Below are positions 6,615 to 11,634 of a DNA stretch of 11,634 nt, one piece after another. The DNA lies in the IMG/VR virus record IMGVR_UViG_2737471861_000024; one strand, 5' to 3'. Source of the stretch: a virus. Lineage: Duplodnaviria; Heunggongvirae; Uroviricota; Caudoviricetes. Made by a program: the position numbers and the translations under genes. Position 1 is the first letter of the stretch, and every line of letters starts with the position of its first letter. Below the pieces are notes generated by a model, which was not told where the DNA came from, made no database searches, and saw only the letters and a list, made by a program, of their open reading frames with translations.

Positions 6615-7199
6615 TTATTGTTTGTTTTTTTCGTTCTGGTTGATGACAAATTCAATGTAACTTTCGATCTTTGCTTTCTCGGTTTCGGGTAACAATGCGT
6701 AGCGCGAGCGATCATAGTTGATGGTCGCAGGGTCGTGCGGGTGAATCAGTAATTCATAGCCGTGACGCCCGAATGCGGATGCAACATTCTCCAGGGTGGA
6801 AATGGAAACGCTGACCTCATTGTTTAACAGGCGGCTGATTGTCACCTGGGCGACGCCGGATGCGCGGTGTAGTTTTCCCTGCGTTGAAAGGTCGCGGCTT
6901 TCGCTCATCCAGCGTTCCAGGTTGTGAGCCGCCAACTGACCAATGTCGCTTGGGCCGACAGGATGAAAACCTTCCTGAGAAAGCGAGCGATCGATATCAA
7001 GCCAGTTACGGGGTTTATTGGCGGCAGCTTCAATTTTTCGCGCAACCTGGTCGCCGATAACTTTCTTGCCAAGAGCCCAGCGGTTTACCAGATTTGCCTG
7101 AGTTCCAAGTTTTTCTGCCATCCGCGTCTGAACACCATTGAATTCACGGTCGATCAAGTCGTTGAGATTTTGCCTGCGGACGTCCTGGATACTTTTCAT
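6615..7199 (-). CDS. CI-like prophage repressor with two tandem XRE-type helix-turn-helix domains; no peptidase-S24 (LexA-like) autocleavage domain recognisable
   Basis: 194-aa ORF divergent from the Cro-like gene; HTH 1 ~aa 25-70 (TRMAEKLGTQANLVNRWALGKKVIGDQVARKIEAAANKPRNWLD), HTH 2 ~aa 115-150 (ASGVAQVTISRLLNNEVSVSISTLENVASAFG); no Ala-Gly/Ser-Lys cleavage module seen. Confidence 0.7.
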   Translation of the reverse strand: MKSIQDVRRQNLNDLIDREFNGVQTRMAEKLGTQANLVNRWALGKKVIGDQVARKIEAAANKPRNWLDIDRSLSQEGFHPVGPSDIGQLAAHNLERWMSESRDLSTQGKLHRASGVAQVTISRLLNNEVSVSISTLENVASAFGRHGYELLIHPHDPATINYDRSRYALLPETEKAKIESYIEFVINQNEKNKQ

Positions 7200-7254
7200 T
7201 TTCTGGAAAATCGCCTCATATATGAATCAGTAGATGATTCAATTTAAAGCAATA

Positions 7255-7317
7255 TTACCCAACAGGTAAATGCACCCCATAGGTAACTATCCTTGATTTT
7301 TGTTACCTTATGGGTGA
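7255..7317. promoter_or_regulatory. Divergent immunity-region operator cluster: O1 TTACC-CAACA-GGTAA (7255-7269, perfect), O2 GCACC-CCATA-GGTAA (7272-7286, degenerate), O3 TTACC-TTATG-GGTGA (7303-7317, degenerate)
   Basis: Same TTACC-N5-GGTAA family as at PL; sites lie in the 154-bp gap between the divergent repressor and Cro-like genes; an alternative reading is a larger inverted repeat CCATAGGTAAC / GTTACCTTATGG flanking TTGATT. Confidence 0.5.
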
Positions 7318-7328
7318 ATATTTATTAT
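7300..7328 (+). promoter_or_regulatory. Putative rightward early promoter (PR-like): -35 TTGTTA (7300-7305), 17-bp spacer, -10 TATTAT (7323-7328)
   Basis: Hexamers read by eye; O3 overlaps the -35/spacer; alternative -35 TTGATT at 7293-7298 with -10 GAATAT. Confidence 0.4.
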
Positions 7329-7353
7329 CTGAAATAAATATCAGGCAATAGCT

Positions 7354-7584
7354 ATGAGCGATAACGGACATTTCGATTTCAAAAAGCACTGGCTTGCACT
7401 TACTCCGGATGAGCGTGAAGCCTTCGCACAGGAAGCCGGAACGACGAGTCACTATATCCAGACTCACTTAACAGGTAAGCGCAAAATGCCAGGTAAGGTA
7501 TTGATGAATGGGCTTTTTAAAGCCTGTAAAACAAGACAATGGCTGCGCTCAAAAGCAGAACTGGCATACTTCTTCTACTCATGA
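7354..7584 (+). CDS. Cro-like small HTH DNA-binding protein (Cro/YdaS-type)
   Basis: 76-aa ORF divergent from repressor; HTH-like segment AGTTSHYIQTHLTGKRKMP; position and size as for Cro in lambdoid immunity regions. Confidence 0.65.
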   Translation: MSDNGHFDFKKHWLALTPDEREAFAQEAGTTSHYIQTHLTGKRKMPGKVLMNGLFKACKTRQWLRSKAELAYFFYS

Positions 7585-7606
7585 TATCCAGCCACAACCC
7601 TCTGTA

Positions 7607-7628
7607 GACCGCCATCCGGCGGTCTTTT
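7607..7628 (+). terminator. Rho-independent terminator after the Cro-like gene (tR1-like): stem GACCGCC/GGCGGTC, loop ATCC, then TTTT
   Basis: Perfect 7-bp GC-rich hairpin at 7607-7624 followed by T-run 7625-7628, 23 bp after the Cro-like stop. Confidence 0.6.
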
Positions 7629-7734
7629 CATATCTATTCGCACCTAAAAGGTAACAAAAAACCAAATCTGGTTGATCTTTTTTTTGTGTCAGCACAAAAT
7701 AACCGTAATCCCAATACTAATAACAGGGCTTACC

Positions 7735-7935
7735 ATGGAAATCATTACACGTATTGATGCCGCAAAGCGCGGACTTAAACGCTACTACACCGGAAAACCA
7801 TGTAAGCATGGACATGACAGTGAACGCTGGGTTTACAACGGACACTGTGTTGAGTGCACCATGGAATCAAACCGTCGCATCAGGGCAGAGATTAAGCAGA
7901 TCATGATTAATTCCTCCCCACAACATTCAAACTGA
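7735..7935 (+). CDS. Small hypothetical protein (66 aa) with Cys/His cluster (C-x-H-x-H ... C-x2-C), possible zinc-binding; occupies the cII position between cro-like and O-like genes
   Basis: Start placed at ATG 7735 (MEIITRIDAAKRGLKRYYTGKPCKHGHDSERWVYNGHCVEC...) rather than ORF-track start 7672; AGGG Shine-Dalgarno-like sequence upstream. Confidence 0.55.
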   Translation: MEIITRIDAAKRGLKRYYTGKPCKHGHDSERWVYNGHCVECTMESNRRIRAEIKQIMINSSPQHSN

Positions 7936-7950
7936 TAGCGGAGATTAATC

Positions 7951-8766
7951 ATGAGCAGACATGCAACAGATTGGGCCTGGGAGACAGATCCAGGTAGCTC
8001 GTCATTAAAGCTCATACTGCTCTCGATGGCTGACAGAGCCGATGAATATAACCTCTGCTACCCCAGCATAGAACGCCTCGTTAAAGACACTTGCCTGAAT
8101 AAAAAAACCGTACAGGCCGGGCTTATATCGCTCATGAAAATGGGGCTTATTTCAGATACCGGAGAGAGAAAGGGAGCGACGAAAAGAGTGCGGGTTTTCT
8201 CTCTTAATATAACCAAAAACGGGAACATTAAAGGCAACCGGGAGGGGGGCAATGAACCCGAAAACGGTAATGTTACCGAAAACGGGAATATACCCAAAAA
8301 CGGGATGTTGAATGATCCCAAAAACGGGATGTTGAATGATCCCAAAAACGGGATCCAGAACCAGTCATATAACCAGTCATTTAACCAAGAGAGGGAGAGC
8401 AGGACAAAAACCGGGGATTCTGTGCCTCATGACCACGGCGCAAACAACGCCGTGATGAATAACTTTGTTCCTCCTGGTGGGCCAGGGCAATTAGGCAAAT
8501 TTGTCATGCATGAACAATGGCAGCCATCAGATGACTTTCTTCGGAAAAGCTCATTGCAGGGGATCTACCTGGACAGTCTGCCAACGGCACAGGAACTTGC
8601 AGAATTCAGAATTTACTGGATGGCTGAGGGTAAGGCATACCATCAGGCACAGTGGGAGCAGAAGCTGGCAAGGCGGCTGCAGATTAGCAGACAGAAGCAA
8701 TCAACATTACCTGATAACAACGTTCCGCACTGGAACAGCCCTGAAGCATGGGAGGATTTCTTGTGA
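7951..8766 (+). CDS. Replication initiator, lambda O-like (N-terminal winged-helix DNA-binding domain, internal iteron-encoded linker)
   Basis: 271-aa ORF; N-terminal LILLSMADRADEYNLCYPSIERLVKDTCLNKKTVQAGLISLMKMGLIS resembles the phage replisome-organiser N-terminal domain; GGAG Shine-Dalgarno before ATG 7951; immediately upstream of the P-like gene; contains direct DNA repeats as in the lambda O/ori arrangement. Confidence 0.8.
   Translation: MSRHATDWAWETDPGSSSLKLILLSMADRADEYNLCYPSIERLVKDTCLNKKTVQAGLISLMKMGLISDTGERKGATKRVRVFSLNITKNGNIKGNREGGNEPENGNVTENGNIPKNGMLNDPKNGMLNDPKNGIQNQSYNQSFNQERESRTKTGDSVPHDHGANNAVMNNFVPPGGPGQLGKFVMHEQWQPSDDFLRKSSLQGIYLDSLPTAQELAEFRIYWMAEGKAYHQAQWEQKLARRLQISRQKQSTLPDNNVPHWNSPEAWEDFL
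8213..8356. repeat. Candidate replication origin iterons inside the O-like gene: about six copies of CC(A/G)AAAACGG(G/T)A spaced at 18-24 bp, including a perfect tandem 24-bp duplication (8293-8316 and 8317-8340) and a partial third copy
   Basis: Direct repeats read in sequence at about 8213, 8258, 8276, 8294, 8318, 8342; the tandem 24-mer cccaaaaacgggatgttgaatgat encodes repeated PKNGMLND peptide units. Confidence 0.7.
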
Positions 8767-9548
8767 ACAACGTTTTTACCGCGATACAAAACCGTGACGG
8801 AGAAGCCCTTTCTCGCATGTCAGGTTATGAGCATCAGTACACCAACAATGACAACGTGGTGAACATGTCAGCAGAGAGGCTTGTTGATGCCCTTTTCAAA
8901 CAGCTGAAACAACTGTTTCCGGCGGCAGTGGTAACCAACCTGAAGACGCCAGAGCAGGAAGTTGCTGCAAAACAGCAGTGGATTGCTGCGTTTGCCGAAG
9001 GGGGGATCCGAACCCGTGAACAGGTTTCTGCTGGTATGCGCCACGCCCGCGCCAGTGAATCTCCGTTCTGGCCGTCGCCAGGGCAATTCATCAAGTGGTG
9101 TAAAGACAGCAAGATGGTTCTTGGCGTCACCATTGACGATGTGATGGCGGAGTTTCACCGGTACAGCAAGGAAAAAAGTTTATATCCTGGTGGTCCCGAA
9201 AGATTCCCGTGGCGACATCCGGTTATGTACTGGGTCGTATGTGATACCCGCCGTGCAATGTATCAGCGCCAGCTTAGCGAGATTGAGGTTGAGAAACACG
9301 CGCGCAGGCTGCTCGATGATTGGGCGAAAAAGGTGGCTTCCGGACAGCAGATACCCGATCCGGTGATCAGCATACAGGCAAAGCCAGAACCAATGAGTAC
9401 GCCTCCGGACACAGGGAGAGACGTTTACCATCCACCAGGGCGAAGTTTCGGGTGCATGCCTAACGCCGCCACCCTGGGGGGAATAACACCGGCGCAGTGG
9501 CTGATGGAGGAATACAGGCGAGGAAAGGCAGCAGGATTTATCAAGTAA
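8748..9548 (+). CDS. Replication protein P-like (DnaB helicase loader); start may be ATG 8748 or GTG 8763 (GTGA overlap with O-like stop)
   Basis: 266-aa ORF; FPAAVVTNLKTPEQEVAAKQQWIAAFAEGGIRTREQVSAGMRHARASESPFWPSPGQFIKWCKD aligns with recalled lambda P (FPASLANRDQNEVNEIRRQWVLAFRENGITTMEQVNAGMRVARRQNRPFLPSPGQFVAWCRE). Confidence 0.85.
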   Translation: MGGFLVNNVFTAIQNRDGEALSRMSGYEHQYTNNDNVVNMSAERLVDALFKQLKQLFPAAVVTNLKTPEQEVAAKQQWIAAFAEGGIRTREQVSAGMRHARASESPFWPSPGQFIKWCKDSKMVLGVTIDDVMAEFHRYSKEKSLYPGGPERFPWRHPVMYWVVCDTRRAMYQRQLSEIEVEKHARRLLDDWAKKVASGQQIPDPVISIQAKPEPMSTPPDTGRDVYHPPGRSFGCMPNAATLGGITPAQWLMEEYRRGKAAGFIK

Positions 9549-9553
9549 TACCA

Positions 9554-9573
9554 GCGCGATAGCGCATTTTTTT
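9554..9573 (+). terminator. Weak candidate intrinsic terminator after the P-like gene (4-bp GCGC stem, loop GATA, T7 run)
   Basis: gcgc-gata-gcgc followed by attttttt; stem is short so termination efficiency is doubtful. Confidence 0.3.
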
Positions 9574-9585
9574 ACGCCTCAATAG

Positions 9586-9600
9586 TTACCTAATAGGTAA
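9586..9600. promoter_or_regulatory. Operator-like palindrome GTTACC-TAATA-GGTAAC, 19 bp upstream of the -35 of a third promoter
   Basis: Perfect TTACC-N5-GGTAA; spacing to the -35 is identical to the arrangement at the PL-like promoter. Confidence 0.55.
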
Positions 9601-9619
9601 CAAAATATTCTTAGATCTA

Positions 9620-9648
9620 TTGATTTCGTGTCTTATGTGGTTTTTAAT
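9620..9648 (+). promoter_or_regulatory. Putative rightward promoter for the downstream accessory genes: -35 TTGATT (9620-9625), 17-bp spacer, -10 TTTAAT (9643-9648)
   Basis: Hexamers read by eye; flanked by operator palindromes with the same spacing as at PL; shared ATCTATTGA core around the -35 in both promoters. Confidence 0.5.
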
Positions 9649-9662
9649 TACCTTAGAGGTAA
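9648..9662. promoter_or_regulatory. Operator-like palindrome TTACC-TTAGA-GGTAA overlapping the -10/start region and the ribosome-binding site of the gene at 9666
   Basis: Perfect TTACC-N5-GGTAA; its GAGGT doubles as Shine-Dalgarno for ATG 9666. Confidence 0.55.
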
Positions 9663-9665
9663 ATC

Positions 9666-10010
9666 ATGAGAAAACAGATACAGGCTCTTGGTCGACTCAA
9701 AACAGGCCAGATGAACAAAACAGAATCTGCGTATTGCCAGCACCTTGAGCAGCGTAAACGTGCAGGGGAAGTCGCCTGGTATCGGTTCGAGGGTATCAAG
9801 CTGCGGCTGGCTGACAACACGTTTTATACGCCCGATTTCGCTGTGATGCTCGCCACCGGAGAGATGGAACTGCACGAAGTGAAAGGTTTCTGGACCGACG
9901 ACGCCAGGGTGAAAACCAAAGTCGCCGCAGATCAGTATCCGTTCCGAATCATCGGGGTAACGGTTAAACCAAAGAAAGCAGGTGGTGGCTGGAATATCGA
10001 AGAGTTCTGA
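9666..10010 (+). CDS. DUF1064-like small phage protein, possible PD-(D/E)xK-type nuclease (114 aa)
   Basis: Motifs YTPDF and ELHEVKG (D ... E-x-K) in the arrangement recalled for DUF1064 proteins; strong Shine-Dalgarno GAGGTAA upstream. Confidence 0.55.
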   Translation: MRKQIQALGRLKTGQMNKTESAYCQHLEQRKRAGEVAWYRFEGIKLRLADNTFYTPDFAVMLATGEMELHEVKGFWTDDARVKTKVAADQYPFRIIGVTVKPKKAGGGWNIEEF

Positions 10011-10071
10011 ATCGACGATCTTTTTAGTTATCAATGTAATCAATAAGTTATGTGGATAAGCGAGGGTAAAG

Positions 10072-10656
10072 ATGGAAAGTAATATCAAAGGGTTAGTTAC
10101 CGCCGGGCATGAGATGGCTTCGGAACTGAAAGCAGAATGTGGCGCCGTTGATATGCGTAGTGTGGCAAAGCTGATCAGCGATTTGGCAACGCAACTGGAA
10201 GTGCAACTGGTGCGTGCTAATGCGCTGGAAGCGGAGAATGCGGGGCTTAAGGCGGGACATTCATATTTCTCATATGGCTCTGAGCATAATTTCGAATGGC
10301 ACAAAACTGCTGAGGAAGCTATCGAATCGGCTGAGGCTGCAATTGACGACTATCGCGGTGATGCTTGCGATGGATGGAGCGAAGAGGTCGATAGTATTTG
10401 CTGGGGAATCATCATGCAATCGTCAACGAAGGTTGGCGAACGACCACGCAACGAGGATGACTGTTGTGATCCTGCGATCGATACGATTTGCGATTATGCG
10501 CTTCTGCCTAATATCGACACCCCAGCCACCGATGCTTTTCTGGCTGAAGTACGGGCGCAGGGCGTTGAGATGTTTGCGGAGTGTGCATACACACTTGAAC
10601 ATCATGATCACGCAGTAGCCTTCGCCGCTGAGCTTCGCAAAGGAGGCAACCAGTGA
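10072..10656 (+). CDS. Hypothetical phage protein (194 aa), acidic, with N-terminal predicted helical region
   Basis: ORF with GAGGG Shine-Dalgarno 6 nt upstream of ATG; no motif recognised. Confidence 0.55.
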   Translation: MESNIKGLVTAGHEMASELKAECGAVDMRSVAKLISDLATQLEVQLVRANALEAENAGLKAGHSYFSYGSEHNFEWHKTAEEAIESAEAAIDDYRGDACDGWSEEVDSICWGIIMQSSTKVGERPRNEDDCCDPAIDTICDYALLPNIDTPATDAFLAEVRAQGVEMFAECAYTLEHHDHAVAFAAELRKGGNQ

Positions 10657-10952
10657 GTGTATATCTCATTGATAAACGTCGACGTGGGCAACAAATACCA
10701 CCTGTAGGAATTCCGAATCACACATGGTTTTGCGTACTTGATATCGATGGTATGGATTCGTTGGTTGACACTCGTCATTACTGCGATACCGCAACAGCTA
10801 CTCCGGCGAAAGCAAAGAAAATGGCTGATCTGATAGAAAACTGGACTCCACCTGATGGTTGGTGCAATGGGAATGATCGAGATTGGCATGAAAAAATGAA
10901 GGGCTATATCTGCGATTTCTTACGTAAATGCAACGGATTCAGGGTGATGTGA
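10653..10952 (+). CDS. Hypothetical protein (99 aa), GTG start overlapping upstream stop (GTGA)
   Basis: ORF in operon context; contains several Cys/His/Trp residues (WFCVLDIDG, CDTATA, GWCNGNDRDWHEKMKGYICDFLRKC) but no recognised domain. Confidence 0.5.
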   Translation: MSVYLIDKRRRGQQIPPVGIPNHTWFCVLDIDGMDSLVDTRHYCDTATATPAKAKKMADLIENWTPPDGWCNGNDRDWHEKMKGYICDFLRKCNGFRVM

Positions 10953-10953
10953 C

Positions 10954-11634
10954 ATGAACAAGATTGACTATCAGGCACTGCGTGAGGCGGCAGAGCGTGC
11001 AATTCAGGCAATGGAACGCCTGTTAATGTTGCCAGTTGATGATGATCTGATAAGCGAACAGGAACTTAAAGATAGCGGTGTTGATATTGATGCCCTCAAC
11101 GCCTTCAAATTTCTGGCCGGACCAGAAACCGTGCTGGCGCTGCTGGATGAACGGGAAAGAAACCAGCAATACATCAAACGCCGCGACCAGGAGAACGAGG
11201 AGATTGCGTTAACGGTAGGGAAGTTGCGCGTTGAGCTTGAGGAAGTAAAACAACACGCTGAAGAATTATCCGAAACCAAGGCTGTTCGTAACCAATGGCG
11301 GCCAGATATTTGCCCAATAACCGGACGTGCATTTTTCATGTGGATTGAGCATCCAACATTGGGAAATGTGCCGACATATGGTGGCCCATTAGATAGTTAC
11401 ACCATTCCAACAAAGGACGGTGACGGTGAGTTTTCATGTGAGCGTTACGATCATGATTTTGGCGGTTGGGTAGAAAGCGAATGTCTTGGGTTATATCTGA
11501 TTGATGATAGAGAACAATGCAGGGTCTACGAACTGGAGGAACGCGTTAAGGAACTGGATGCTCGGGAAATATCGCTCCCGGAACGTAGCAGCATGCTTCA
11601 TCGAACAGATTTTCAAGATGATTACCAAACGGTA
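10954..11634 (+). CDS. Ead/Ea22-like family protein, 3'-partial (runs off window end; 227 codons visible, no stop)
   Basis: Hand translation from ATG 10954: MNKIDYQALREAAERAIQAMERLL... with central predicted coiled-coil; N-terminal pattern resembles recalled Ead/Ea22-like prophage proteins; not in ORF track because no stop codon lies inside the window. Confidence 0.55.
   Translation, partial: MNKIDYQALREAAERAIQAMERLLMLPVDDDLISEQELKDSGVDIDALNAFKFLAGPETVLALLDERERNQQYIKRRDQENEEIALTVGKLRVELEEVKQHAEELSETKAVRNQWRPDICPITGRAFFMWIEHPTLGNVPTYGGPLDSYTIPTKDGDGEFSCERYDHDFGGWVESECLGLYLIDDREQCRVYELEERVKELDAREISLPERSSMLHRTDFQDDYQTV

Noticed and set aside
6839-7247. Plus-strand ORFs 6839..7060 and 6924..7247 antisense to the repressor gene
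   Set aside because: No start context; the opposite strand encodes the HTH repressor with clear domain signatures.
7672-7734. Upstream extension of the small Cys/His ORF (MIFFLCQHKITVIPILITGLT...)
   Set aside because: The extension starts inside a T-rich promoter-like stretch without a ribosome-binding site; the internal ATG at 7735 has an upstream AGGG, and the extension is hydrophobic low-complexity sequence.
8058-8345. Antisense 95-aa ORF across the iteron region
   Set aside because: Its internal repeats (GSFNIPFLG x2) simply mirror the iteron DNA repeats; the sense frame encodes the well-supported O-like protein.
8213-8356. Possible CRISPR-like repeat array
   Set aside because: Repeats are 10-24 bp with 18-24-bp periodicity, lie inside a coding sequence and lack unique spacers of uniform size; this fits replication iterons, not CRISPR.
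8834-9431. Minus-strand and alternative-frame ORFs inside the P-like gene (8834..9133, 8868..9158, 8962..9144, 9180..9431)
   Set aside because: Embedded in a reading frame with strong similarity to lambda P.
11004-11339. Minus-strand 111-aa ORF
   Set aside because: Antisense to the Ea22-like reading frame, which has a proper start and coiled-coil features; the antisense translation is Ser-rich low complexity.

Overview
This window reads as the left arm of an integrated lambdoid-type prophage from an enterobacterial genome, with a clear modular layout. From left to right: a P4-like tyrosine integrase (+ strand, at the window edge); a leftward operon (- strand, 1260-6461) of eight ORFs, five of them joined by 4-bp ATGA stop/start overlaps, encoding a small ORF, a charged coiled-coil protein, a ~99-aa protein, a PD-(D/E)xK exonuclease, a Red-beta/Bet annealing protein, an AlpA/excisionase-like protein, a ~99-aa ORF, an MT-A70 adenine methyltransferase and a lambda-PPase-like Ser/Thr phosphatase; an immunity region with a tandem-HTH CI-like repressor (-) divergent from a Cro-like gene (+); a replication module (small Cys/His protein, O-like initiator with internal iterons, P-like helicase loader); and the start of an accessory region (DUF1064-like protein, two hypotheticals, an Ead/Ea22-like protein running off the 3' end). 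The most notable signal is a 15-bp palindromic operator motif, TTACC-N5-GGTAA, found at the leftward early promoter, the divergent immunity region, and a third promoter downstream of the P-like gene that copies the leftward promoter's architecture base for base in spacing. No rRNA, tRNA or CRISPR array was seen. All protein assignments rest on motifs and similarity recalled from memory to known families; no database search was run, and promoter and terminator calls are by eye.
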